This document shows positions 1 to 9,224 of a stretch of 64,000 nt of DNA, one piece after another. The notes beneath the pieces were generated by a model. That model searched no databases and was not told the origin of the DNA. It saw nothing but the letters and a program-made list of their open reading frames with translations. The translations under genes and the position numbers were made by a program. Source of the DNA: Nitrospirales bacterium (lineage in GTDB: Bacteria > Nitrospirota > Nitrospiria > Nitrospirales > UBA8639); contig OY820905.2 in assembly GCA_963555755.3 (NCBI GenBank), forward strand, positions 2,880,001 to 2,944,000. The letters are read 5' to 3'. The stretch's first letter is position 1. Every line of letters starts with the position of its first letter.

Positions 1-204
1 AAAGGCTTTCGAGAGTCGGATAGCCATATCCCAAGATAAATTAGTTTTTTGATTGATGAGATTGCTGAGGGCCTGTCGGGTCACGCCCAAGATTTTTGCA
101 CCTTCCGTGACGGAAAGCCCAAAGGGTTCCAGACAATCCACTTTCACCCCAAATCCAGGATGCGGAGGGTTTTTCATTCGTTTAACAGTTCGTTTCAGAC
201 TCAT
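1..204 (-). CDS. higA: HigA-family addiction module antitoxin (HTH), runs off window start
   Basis: Not in ORF track; manual translation from ATG at 204: MSLKRTVKRMKNPPHPGFGVKVDCLEPFGLSVTEGAKILGVTRQALSNLINQKTNLSWDMAIRLSKAF (PHPG...MAIRL signature); directly downstream of higB. Confidence 0.9.
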   Translation of the reverse strand, partial: MSLKRTVKRMKNPPHPGFGVKVDCLEPFGLSVTEGAKILGVTRQALSNLINQKTNLSWDMAIRLSKAF

Positions 205-218
205 GGTCTTTTCCTTTT

Positions 219-497
219 CTAATGGTAGTCTTCAAAATTCACATCAAAGGCATCACCGTCTTCGAATTGAAAGGTAATCCGCCAGTTGGCCCGGACTGTC
301 ACGCTCCATATACCTTTTCGGTCTCCTTTGAATTCATGCAGGTGATAGGAATGCACATTCATCACTTCAATCGTCTTGGCCGTATCCAAACGCGCCAAAA
401 TAAGGCTGATCCGTTGCAGCATATCGTGGGGTATTCGCCGAGAATCGCCTTCTTCAAAAAATCGTTTCAGGCCGCGATGCTTAAAACTATGGATCAT
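219..497 (-). CDS. higB: HigB-family (RelE/ParE superfamily) toxin
   Basis: MIHSFKHRGLKRFF...LHEFKGDRKGIWSVTVRANWRITFQF...DYH; toxin-first order with HigA. Confidence 0.92.
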   Translation of the reverse strand: MIHSFKHRGLKRFFEEGDSRRIPHDMLQRISLILARLDTAKTIEVMNVHSYHLHEFKGDRKGIWSVTVRANWRITFQFEDGDAFDVNFEDYH

Positions 498-748
498 TCA
501 TTATCGTAAAGTGGCAATTGACAGGTGTCAATATGAAAGACCCGCGTGAGGGAACAAATTTTGAAGTTTAAACTCTGAAGGGATAGCAAAATGGAGATTA
601 TTGTTCGGATGAAGGAGGTGGATATTGGACCGAGAATGAATGTGGCTTTTTTTAAAAATGTTGAAACCACGAAGAGAAAGGCATCACCGAACAAGTCCAA
701 ATTTCCAAAACCGCCTTCGCGCAAATTCAAACATTTGAAAAGGGATTA

Positions 749-934
749 TTGAAACAAGCCAAAGAAGCCGTCCGCATAGCTCGAACAAGTTTTAAGTTCG
801 GAGAAGCCAGCTTGCTGGATGTACTAGATGCCCAACGGGTGCTATGGCACACCTTTCAAGGGTATGCGCAAGCACGATTTGAGTTGTCCGTGGCACTCAC
901 GGAGTTAGAACGGTTGGTGGGGAAGGAATTGTAG
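749..934 (+). pseudogene. C-terminal remnant of TolC/CzcC-family outer-membrane efflux protein (copy 1)
   Basis: A..IARTSFKFGEASLLDVLDAQR...QARFELSVALTELERLVG is the OEP C-terminal motif; no upstream gene body. Confidence 0.75.
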
Positions 935-1063
935 ATGGTTTGGGAAATTCGTAGGACCTATGGGTTTTTAAATTGATGAATGAACTTTCTCGGCGTATGG
1001 GTAAAAAACTCATCCAGGCTTGCGGTATCTAAAAAACACAGGTTTTTCAATCGAATAGACCTA

Positions 1064-2650
1064 CCCAAGATCCGCGATGGGTTTGGTCAACAGAGGTCCT
1101 TTGGCAAAACCCACGTGTTCGCGCCGTTGCTTAGTCAATGGTCTGGCTGGATTTGAGCCACCTCCCAGAGTTGCCTGTCCTGACATGGGATCGACCAGCC
1201 TTTTGGGCAGACCACTCCCTTCCTGCTTCCTTCTTCTCTTGTGCTGTCCCCTGCCCCGGCTTAATAAGGCTGGGCAGCTTCTGCACAGCGCGTCCGAATC
1301 TCCTCACACAAGCCCCACAGCTGTTGTTGCACTTTGAGGATCACGGCACCAGCATGCCGGACCACTTTGCCCGCCACCTGATACAGCCGCCAACGCACCG
1401 TGCGCACTTGGCACTGGCTCCAGGCATAGGGCAACGCCAACAACTTGAACAACACAAACAGGTTGTAGGCTAACACGCCAATGCGAAAGAAGACGGCATT
1501 GGCCGCGAAGGTCCCACACGGAAGCCGTTCCATGCCAAAGCCACTCTTCAGTTCTTTGATGCGATTCTCGCTGGTCTCGCCCCGCTGGTTGTACCATCGT
1601 ACAATCTCCTCAGGGGTTCCATCTCGGTTCGTCGCAATCAGCGTGTAGCGCAGGCTGGGGGCCTCGGGGGCAAACAGATCCTGTTGCACGGGCCGTCGCA
1701 ATACGATGAGGCGAAAGGCTTGCTTGGTCTTCGCCATACAATGTACCGTTTCAGCGAGATGGCCATCTCGGTAGGGTTGCCACTGGCTCTCAGGGATGGC
1801 GGCAATGACGGCCTGCACGGCCGTATCCTGCACGCCCCCAATCGCAAACGTCACGTTGTGCTCCTCGCACCAATTGAACAACTCCGCTTGGTACGCCGCA
1901 CTATCCGCCCGCACATGAGCAATCCGTTTGCCTTTGGGCATCTGCGCCGCACACGCCTGGGTGAATTCAAGATTGCGGGACGCCGGAGCCTCATTCCCTT
2001 CACGAAACTCCTCCCCAAGCACCAGCCCATTTTCCGCCAGGTGCCCCAGCATCGGCAGATAGCCTCGCTCCCCCTTGTACGTCCATTTGGCTGCCTGCTT
2101 CTCCGCGACAATCTGCGTGGCATCAAGATCGAGGGTATAGTCCGTGCGCGGTTCCCGCTTCAACGCCCGCCGGATCTGCTGCTGATTGACGACGGCTAAA
2201 CTTGCTAAACCATCCTTCTCCCCCATGCGTCGCAGCCAATCGCCCGTGGCATCGGCACTGGGAACCACGGGGAGTCGCAGCACGGCCCGCAAGCCCGCAT
2301 CCTCGCGAATCTGGCGCAGATCCTCCAGCGTCCGGCCCCCGCCATGCAACATCAGCAGCAGGGGCTCGACAAATTGGGCGGGGTGATAGCCGATGCGGCT
2401 CCCGGGCGCGGGCAAGGCCGCATTGAGTTGCCGGGGCACATTCATGGCTTGGAGAAACTCCCCGAACAGCGCCAGCCCGCCATGAGCGGTGAGCTGTTCG
2501 TCGGTGGGCTCAAGCTTGAACGGAAGAACGGTTTGTGGCATCATTCGTTTCACCTCGTTGGTGAGGAGTGGCTAAGTGGGTGGGCACCCGTATCTTAGCA
2601 AATCAACGAGGTTTTTTTATGCCCAAAATAAATCCATCGCGGATCTTGGG
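1064..2650 (-). mobile_element. IS1380-family insertion sequence
   Basis: TIRs cccaagatccgcgatgg (1064-1080) / ccatcgcggatcttggg (2634-2650); 5-bp target duplication accta (1059-1063, 2651-2655); GC-rich. Confidence 0.9.
1261..2553 (-). CDS. IS1380-family DDE transposase
   Basis: 430 aa; LTAHGGLAL, LDLDAT, RADSA, YNQRGETSENRIKELK motifs. Confidence 0.9.
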   Translation of the reverse strand: MKRMMPQTVLPFKLEPTDEQLTAHGGLALFGEFLQAMNVPRQLNAALPAPGSRIGYHPAQFVEPLLLMLHGGGRTLEDLRQIREDAGLRAVLRLPVVPSADATGDWLRRMGEKDGLASLAVVNQQQIRRALKREPRTDYTLDLDATQIVAEKQAAKWTYKGERGYLPMLGHLAENGLVLGEEFREGNEAPASRNLEFTQACAAQMPKGKRIAHVRADSAAYQAELFNWCEEHNVTFAIGGVQDTAVQAVIAAIPESQWQPYRDGHLAETVHCMAKTKQAFRLIVLRRPVQQDLFAPEAPSLRYTLIATNRDGTPEEIVRWYNQRGETSENRIKELKSGFGMERLPCGTFAANAVFFRIGVLAYNLFVLFKLLALPYAWSQCQVRTVRWRLYQVAGKVVRHAGAVILKVQQQLWGLCEEIRTRCAEAAQPY

Positions 2651-2923
2651 ACCTAAAAAGGGACAGGGAAGATTCCATCTGTCCGCGACTCTGTAAATTT
2701 TTTTGTTGCCTTAAACAATTGGTTCATGTACAAGGAAGACTCGTGTCCAGAGGGCCTGTTGGTGAACAACTCACCATACAAGTAGGGCCCATTAAGGTTT
2801 CCCAAGAAATATAGTCGGAAGTTTTTTAAGCCGCTTAGCTGTTCGCATCATCGGCCTCCCTTCCAGTCGTTTCTTTCTCGGGTTTTAAACCAAATTACAA
2901 TTTAATATGTAAGGAGAGCTCCT

Positions 2924-3241
2924 ATGAGTTCAAAGATTTACGTGGGTGGTTTGCCCTATTCCACCGATGAGCAGCAGTTAGAAGACCTTTTTGCCAACCA
3001 TGGTACGGTTCAGTCCGCGCGGGTGATCACAGACAAATACACCGGTCAGTCGCGGGGCTTTGGCTTTGTGGAAATGTCCACGAGCAACGAGTCGAGTGAT
3101 GCGATTTCGGGGTTGCACGGCACGGAACTGGGTGGACGGACATTGACCGTCAATGAAGCAAAACCCCAGGCGCCTCGCTCCGGAAGAAGCAGCTTTGGCG
3201 ATGACCCTGGTGTAAGGGAAGCAAACAGAGGACGTTGGTAA
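2924..3241 (+). CDS. RRM (RNP-1) RNA-binding protein
   Basis: RNP2 IYVGGL and RNP1 RGFGFVEM; RBS aggaga upstream. Confidence 0.93.
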   Translation: MSSKIYVGGLPYSTDEQQLEDLFANHGTVQSARVITDKYTGQSRGFGFVEMSTSNESSDAISGLHGTELGGRTLTVNEAKPQAPRSGRSSFGDDPGVREANRGRW

Positions 3242-3388
3242 CCCAATAGAACTCGCCCGAAGGAGAAAGGTAGGGACAGCCAACCTCCTTTCTTACTGCG
3301 GGTGGGGATGACTCACTAAGGAAGTCGCACTCGGTACACCACTAAATGGAATATGATTGTCGATAACTAAAAAAATTGTAATGGATGG

Positions 3389-3850
3389 ATGGGGATGGGT
3401 ATGAAAACCAAAAAAACTGGCAGTGAAAAAGGGGCGGGGGCCTCGCCTACTTCAAAAAAGCCAAAGACGGTCACGACGAAAAAACAGGAACGGACTCCCT
3501 CCAGCAAGACTGCCACACGAACGGGTGGTCCCAAAAAAGGGAAGACCATCGCAAAGCCTCAGCCTCCGGCGTCTGAAGTGGTATATGCGAAAAATACCAA
3601 TACAACAAAAACGAAGGAACGGACTTCTGCAACCAAAACTGCCACACGAACGGGTAGTTCCAAAAAAATGAAGACCATCGCAAAACCTCAGCCTCCGACT
3701 CCAGAAGAGTTATATGGGAAAATTTCCAAACTTGCGTATGAATTGTATGAGCGACGGGGCTGGTACCAAGGACAGGATCTGAGTGACTGGCTGGATGCTG
3801 AACGTCAAGTCTTTGCTCAGAAACCACTCGTCACGACCCTCGATCGTTGA
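3389..3850 (+). CDS. Lys/Thr-rich protein with internal duplication and C-terminal DUF2934-like domain
   Basis: C-terminal ISKLAYELYERRG...DLSDWLDAERQV; two ~30-aa basic repeats. Confidence 0.75.
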   Translation: MGMGMKTKKTGSEKGAGASPTSKKPKTVTTKKQERTPSSKTATRTGGPKKGKTIAKPQPPASEVVYAKNTNTTKTKERTSATKTATRTGSSKKMKTIAKPQPPTPEELYGKISKLAYELYERRGWYQGQDLSDWLDAERQVFAQKPLVTTLDR

Positions 3851-3918
3851 CCCTGTATGGTGCGGTGATCGTTTTGGGTCACTGGGCCATTCAGACACAA
3901 GAAGGAGATTTTGGACTT

Positions 3919-4515
3919 ATGAAAAAAAGTCGAACATTCATCAGCAAACCATACACAACAGCCTGTATGACTATGATGGCTGCTATCATCTCAATCCCAC
4001 TGACCCCGAGTATAAGCGGGGTATTTCAAGGCTCCGTGAAAACAATGGCGGAAGTCGTTGGAAGCGCTTCCTCTCTGGAACAGAGCGGTGCGCTTCAGAA
4101 ACTGCGACATTTTCACCCCAGTGAGGCACTTGCGGCACTTACCGTATACTTTGAAGCAGCTGGTGAGAGCTTTGCAGGTAAACTCGCAATGGCCGCCGTG
4201 ATAAGAAATAGGATGAAGCTGAAGTATCAAAGCGATGGAACAGTCAAGGGAACCGTTTTGAAAGCCAGGCAATTTCAGCCCTGGAGTACAAGAAACCCCT
4301 ACCACATCCCTTTGGACCTTAAAAAGAAAAGTATGAGGGACAGCTTATTGGCATGGAGGCTGGTCCAAGACGGAAGAAATGTCGTCGACGGTGCCGTTCT
4401 TTTTTATAACCCGAAACTCGTTCGAACCCCGTATTGGGCTACAGTCAGTCAAAGGGTGTCCACCATTGGTGGCCATGAATTTTACACTCCGCCAAGCCGA
4501 AGCCGACGGACCTAA
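3919..4515 (+). CDS. SleB/CwlJ-like cell wall hydrolase (Hydrolase_2)
   Basis: LALTVYFEAAGE..GKLAMAAVIRNR, QFQPW, GAVLFYNP, IGGHEFY; ATG 3919 after ggag RBS preferred over TTG 3847. Confidence 0.85.
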   Translation: MKKSRTFISKPYTTACMTMMAAIISIPLTPSISGVFQGSVKTMAEVVGSASSLEQSGALQKLRHFHPSEALAALTVYFEAAGESFAGKLAMAAVIRNRMKLKYQSDGTVKGTVLKARQFQPWSTRNPYHIPLDLKKKSMRDSLLAWRLVQDGRNVVDGAVLFYNPKLVRTPYWATVSQRVSTIGGHEFYTPPSRSRRT

Positions 4516-4580
4516 GGGAGCGCTGAAGGCCCATCTCCACACATTTGGGATAAAAAAGATTTCACGCAGTTTCCCACGAA

Positions 4581-4639
4581 GTAGAAGCTGACCTCTCCTA
4601 ATCAGCGGGTCACAGTTTCGATCCCCGTACGACCCACCA
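4581..4639 (+). pseudogene. Degenerate 3' half of a tRNA (Lys-like), probable att-site relic
   Basis: gctgacctctcctaatcagcgggtcacagtttcgatccccgtacgacccacca: anticodon stem GCTGA/TCAGC, TTCGA T-loop, CCA end; no 5' acceptor strand. Confidence 0.6.
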
Positions 4640-4830
4640 CTTAAACCGGATTATTTTTAAACAATTCGTGTCTGAAGAAGCCGTCCGCATAGCTCGCACG
4701 AGTTTTAAATTCGGAGAAGCCAGCTTGCTTGATGTGCCAGGAGCCTGTCCGACATGAGTGATCGTCGCGAGATTGTGCTGGTTTGATGCAGATTTTTCGA
4801 TTGTTTGAGGCGAATAGTGGTGACTATTTA

Positions 4831-6533
4831 GGGCTTGCTGATAAAAGCTCACCCCATTGATTTGAGTAGCCTTCTGCATGTAAGAACAGGGGGAGACGTG
4901 CACAGAAAGTTCCCCCCTCTTCCCAAAAAGCTTGCACCAGGAGAACCCATGTATCGGACACCTCATGTGAATCAACTGGCCTTTGAAGAGTTCGTCTTGC
5001 CCTTTGGCGGCAAACTCCGCAGTGACAACCGGTGGGTGATTCTCGCGAAACACATCCCCTGGGCGGAAGTCGAAACGGCCTACGCGAAGCAGTTTTCCCA
5101 AGACGACATCGGGGCGCCCGCCAAGTCCTCGCGGCTCGCGTTGGGGGCCCTCATCTTACAAGAACGCCTGGGAGTCACGGATCGTGAACTCGTGGCCCAG
5201 ATTGCCGAAAACCCCTATCTGCAATATTTTTTGGGTCTGCTGACGTATCAAGAGGAGGCGCCGTTTCATCATTCCCTGCTGACCACGTTCCGCAAACGGT
5301 TTCCCGACGAGAGCCTTGAGCAGATCAACGAAGCCATCGCCCGGCTCATTGCTGACGCCCAGGCAACGGGAGAGGAACCTGGCAAGGCGAAAGGAGAAGG
5401 CGAGCCCGCTCCCCCGAAAGGGCAGCTGCTCGTCGATGCCACCTGTGTGCCGGCCGATATCAAATATCCCACCGACCGCTACCTGCTGCATGACGCCCGC
5501 GAGAAAACCGAAGAGCTCATTGACCTCATGCATGCCGTGCGCACCACGGCCCAGAAGAAGCCTCGCACCTATCGGCAGAAGGCCCGACAGGATTATTTGC
5601 GCATTGCGAAGAGCCAAAAACCACGGAGCCAGAAACTCCGACGAGGGATTGGCAAACAGCTGAGGTATCTCCGACGCAATCTCGGATCCATTGCCGGCCT
5701 GGCCCAAGAGGGGCGGTTGGGCACCTTACCCAAGCCACGCTACCGCCAGCTCCTCGTGATTCAGGAACTGTATCGGCAACAGCTCTGGATGTCTACGCGC
5801 CGCTGTCATCGGATCGCCGATCGGTTGGTCAGCCTCAGCCAACCTCACGTCCGTCCCATCGTGCGCGGCAAAGCCGGATGCCCGGTTGCATTTGGTGCCA
5901 AAATCTCGGTGAGTCTGGTGGAGGGAATCAGCTTTGTCGATCGCATCAGTTGGGATGCCTACAACGAATGCCTGGATTTAGTCGGACAGATCGAAGCGTA
6001 TCGTCGGCGGTTCGACCATTATCCGGCCTCGGTTCACGTGGACCCAATCTACCGCACCCGTGCCAATCGGCAGTTCTGCCACAGCAAAGGAATCCGCCTC
6101 TCGGGGCCGCCCTTGGGTCGCCCACGGGTGCTCACCGAGGCCACCGCTGAGCAGATAAAGCAAGACCAGCACCAAGGCCGTGAGGATGCCACGGCTCGGA
6201 TGGCCATTGAAGGCAAGTTGGGGCAAGGGAAGCGACGGTTGGGGCTAGGCCGGATGATGGCCAAACTTGCCATCACCTCCGAAACGATGATTCAGCTCTC
6301 GTTTCTGGTAATGAACTTGGAGCACCTGCTCCTCCGGGTTTCTTTGTTGTTGTGTGCGTGGTGCCTCAATTGGCGAAGGACTGGGACACGCCTTCTACGG
6401 GCCAGCTGGCTGAAGAAGCAGACAAATTGTCCGGCTTCTCGTGCTGGTAGGGTGGAAGCCCAATGGGGCTGGAGTCCAAAATGGATCGCTGGTTGGTGAG
6501 GGAATTTTCGAAAATGCTTTTTTCAGCAAGCCC
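4831..6533 (+). mobile_element. IS5-family insertion sequence
   Basis: TIRs gggcttgctgataaaagc / gcttttttcagcaagccc; 6-bp target duplication tattta (4825-4830, 6534-6539). Confidence 0.88.
4949..6499 (+). CDS. IS5-family transposase
   Basis: FVLPFGGKLRSDNRWV, IAENPYLQYFLG, LLVDATCVPADI, RPIVRGKA, IEGKLGQGKRR; ATG 4949 after aggag. Confidence 0.88.
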   Translation: MYRTPHVNQLAFEEFVLPFGGKLRSDNRWVILAKHIPWAEVETAYAKQFSQDDIGAPAKSSRLALGALILQERLGVTDRELVAQIAENPYLQYFLGLLTYQEEAPFHHSLLTTFRKRFPDESLEQINEAIARLIADAQATGEEPGKAKGEGEPAPPKGQLLVDATCVPADIKYPTDRYLLHDAREKTEELIDLMHAVRTTAQKKPRTYRQKARQDYLRIAKSQKPRSQKLRRGIGKQLRYLRRNLGSIAGLAQEGRLGTLPKPRYRQLLVIQELYRQQLWMSTRRCHRIADRLVSLSQPHVRPIVRGKAGCPVAFGAKISVSLVEGISFVDRISWDAYNECLDLVGQIEAYRRRFDHYPASVHVDPIYRTRANRQFCHSKGIRLSGPPLGRPRVLTEATAEQIKQDQHQGREDATARMAIEGKLGQGKRRLGLGRMMAKLAITSETMIQLSFLVMNLEHLLLRVSLLLCAWCLNWRRTGTRLLRASWLKKQTNCPASRAGRVEAQWGWSPKWIAGW

Positions 6534-6943
6534 TATTTAACGATAACGATCGGAGAAGCTGGTCAAGTCCAGCGCAGTCGCAGTAGATCCGCTAATCTCG
6601 GACAGGCTCCTAAATGCCCAACGCGTGCTCTGGCAAACCTTTAAGGCCTATGCCCAAGCCCGGTTTGAGTTATCTGTATCCCTCACAGAGTTAGAACGGT
6701 TGGTGGGGACGGAGTTGTAAAGGCCTTCTGGTCATTCCTAGATCCTTTTTTTTAAATTGATGGGCGGCTTACTCTTAACTCAAAGCAATACTCATTTCTT
6801 TATCCATTCACTTTATAATTCTTTATCCAACAGATACCCTGCTGTTTGCGTCAAGATTGCTTTTGTTCATACACTTTCGATAGCCCTTTTGTACTTTCAA
6901 ATTAGTTTTAACGGGTACAATGTTTGACAATTTTAATGCCTGA

Positions 6944-9100
6944 GTGAAAAAAAATATGTTGTTCAATCCTGACAGCCCATTGACTGGTATCACGGATGAT
7001 GAAGATTTGCTTGGGCGTGATAAATTTTGCTCACAACTGGCAAACCAAATCTGTCTAACATCGAACTCCCCCGGACTGGTTCTGTCTTTAGAGGGACCAT
7101 GGGGATCGGGGAAAACTTCAACAATTAATCGAATCTCCCACCATCTCAGAAAAATACCCGATGACGAACGTCCCATAATTGCACACTTTAACCCTTGGAT
7201 GGTTGGATCACTTAACGCTCTCGTACAAGAATTTTTCATCCAAATTACGTCATCCATTGGATTATCACCACACGCAAGCCAAGCAAAGAAGATCTCTGAA
7301 GCGCTAATTTCTTATTCTCGTCTTTTTTCTTTCGCTAAATGGATTCCTGGGGCAGAACCATATGCAACAGCGTTAGAGTCTTTGTTCAAAGGTGCTAGTG
7401 ATGCCACAAAGGCTGCTGGGGATCTCACAACTTTAAACGTTGCAGAACAAAAGAAGCGGATCTCTGATTCAATAGTGGAATTAGCAAAACCGTTTGTAAT
7501 TTTCATTGATGATCTTGATCGCTTACCCCCAGAGGAAGTTTTTGCCATGATACGCCTCGTTAAGGCTGTATCTGACTTTCCCCAAATGGCCTATGTCCTT
7601 GCATTTGATCCTGCTTACATTGAAAAGGCTTTTGAGAAATTTGGTATAGAAAGCGGCCGAGAGTATTTGGATAAGATCGTACAGGTACGAACTACTCTTC
7701 CAAGAATCGGGATGGCTCAAATTGGGAAAATAGTTGATCGAGAAATCGACTCGATAAAAATTGATGATTCTCTAAGCACTTTCTTTGAAGAACAAAAACG
7801 TCTTTCTGACTTGTACCACAACAGTATCAAGTTCTTACTTCGTACTCCCAGAGACGTTTATAGAGTATTCAATCGACTGCGGCTCCTTTATCCACTGACA
7901 AAGACTGAGGTAGGAATAGCAGACCTGTTCGCAATCGAGTCAATTGCGATTACCGCACCAAAACTATATGACCATATCTATTCAAATCCTCAGGCCTATG
8001 TAGGTCCACTTGAAGTTGAAACGGCACTCTTTAAAAAGCCTGAGGAAGTTGTCGAACAATTGAAACCGCAACGGGAGACTGTTTTAAGTGAATGCACAGT
8101 TGTCCTCCAGGCCACCCTTTTAGAACTTCTTGGTCGGATCTTTCCATTAACCGAAAAAGGGTTGCCGATTGATGAAAAACAGCCTCCTCGAACCTCAGGC
8201 CGTATTGCCTGCCCAGAGAATCTAGTAATCGCCTTGTCGGGTGGTTTACCAACATCCGAGGTATCTCTTTCCCAAGTTTGGTCTTTTTTAAGGCATCCAG
8301 AAAAGAGGATGACCGTTGTCAATGAGGTTGGAAACCTGGAACAACTTGGCGACTTCCTCGGCCTTGTAACCCACGTCATTGAAGAAAATGATGTTCCCGA
8401 TTTGGAAGGTTTCATTGATATTTTATCTCACATTAGTAAACTGGAGGTAACAAGAGAAATAAAACGTCGAAGTATAGGCGACCTTCTCAAACGCCCAATA
8501 AGCCTCCAAATATTCTGGATTATCCGTAAAATTCTAAAAAAAAGTGGCAAAGCAGATGCAAAGAAACTTATTCATAAAATTATTGGCTCTCCGGAGACCC
8601 TTTCCTTATCAGTCGACCTTCTACATTTCCTTTGCCAACAGCAAGGAATGTTTACAGAGGATCGAAAGGAATCTCAGGAGGATTGGCTGGTTTCGGCAAC
8701 GGAGCTGAAAGAACTAATTAAAATTTGGAATAAAAATACCCTTCAGTCTTTTCTTTCCGGTACAGCTTTTAATTCAACCGAGGCTAGCCAGACCTTTTAT
8801 CTTTTAGATCGCCTTAATCACCAACATGTGCGGAAGATCGTTCAAAAGAATCTTCATAGTCATGTTTCAGCTGATCATCTCGTAAAAACGCTTTGGGGGG
8901 TGAGTTGGGATTCAGGAAAGGGTTGCTACGCTAAATTTACAGAGTCCGATTTGAACGAACTGGGGGACACCAAAGCATTTCAAGATGTCGCAAAACAGCG
9001 TCTTAAAGATGATGATTTGCCATCGGACCTTAAAGCGATATATTCGAGTATTCTATCTGGCGAAAAGAAATATTTCTCGGATTTCGAAACAACAACCTAA
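6944..9100 (+). CDS. KAP-family P-loop NTPase
   Basis: DLLGR, Walker A GPWGSGKTS, FNPW, Walker B IFIDDLDRL, YLDKIVQ, TPRDVYR; AT-richer than neighbours. Confidence 0.9.
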   Translation: MKKNMLFNPDSPLTGITDDEDLLGRDKFCSQLANQICLTSNSPGLVLSLEGPWGSGKTSTINRISHHLRKIPDDERPIIAHFNPWMVGSLNALVQEFFIQITSSIGLSPHASQAKKISEALISYSRLFSFAKWIPGAEPYATALESLFKGASDATKAAGDLTTLNVAEQKKRISDSIVELAKPFVIFIDDLDRLPPEEVFAMIRLVKAVSDFPQMAYVLAFDPAYIEKAFEKFGIESGREYLDKIVQVRTTLPRIGMAQIGKIVDREIDSIKIDDSLSTFFEEQKRLSDLYHNSIKFLLRTPRDVYRVFNRLRLLYPLTKTEVGIADLFAIESIAITAPKLYDHIYSNPQAYVGPLEVETALFKKPEEVVEQLKPQRETVLSECTVVLQATLLELLGRIFPLTEKGLPIDEKQPPRTSGRIACPENLVIALSGGLPTSEVSLSQVWSFLRHPEKRMTVVNEVGNLEQLGDFLGLVTHVIEENDVPDLEGFIDILSHISKLEVTREIKRRSIGDLLKRPISLQIFWIIRKILKKSGKADAKKLIHKIIGSPETLSLSVDLLHFLCQQQGMFTEDRKESQEDWLVSATELKELIKIWNKNTLQSFLSGTAFNSTEASQTFYLLDRLNHQHVRKIVQKNLHSHVSADHLVKTLWGVSWDSGKGCYAKFTESDLNELGDTKAFQDVAKQRLKDDDLPSDLKAIYSSILSGEKKYFSDFETTT

Positions 9101-9118
9101 CCACATAGAATCAGGGAA

Positions 9119-9196
9119 CGGGTCAAATCTTTGGTTGACTAATTAACATCTCTCACTTTCCTCATTGCACACCGAAGAGGCAAGCCTCCGCCGAGC
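9119..9196 (+). repeat. ~80-bp direct repeat, copy A (copy B at 10347-10427)
   Basis: Core gcacaccgaagagg(c/a)aagcctccgccgagc matches 29/30 between copies; upstream parts also align. Confidence 0.75.
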
Positions 9197-9224
9197 GGAT
9201 TGGGCATTCGCGAAAGGGAGTTCC

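Larger units (their letters stand above)
4740..6610. mobile_element. MITE (IS1182-type ends) interrupted by the IS5 element; halves 4740-4830 and 6534-6610
   Basis: Ends ggagcctgtccga / tcggacaggctcc; joined halves align with intact MITE at 18037-18198. Confidence 0.85.
4674..6720 (+). pseudogene. TolC C-terminal remnant (copy 2), split into 4674-4739 and 6611-6720 by a MITE carrying an IS
   Basis: Both halves align with copy 1 (gaagccgtccgcatagctcg... / ...gagttagaacggttggtgggga). Confidence 0.8.

Noticed and set aside
4560..4640. Functional tRNA gene
   Set aside because: No 5' acceptor strand or D arm; anticodon loop and T stem are damaged.
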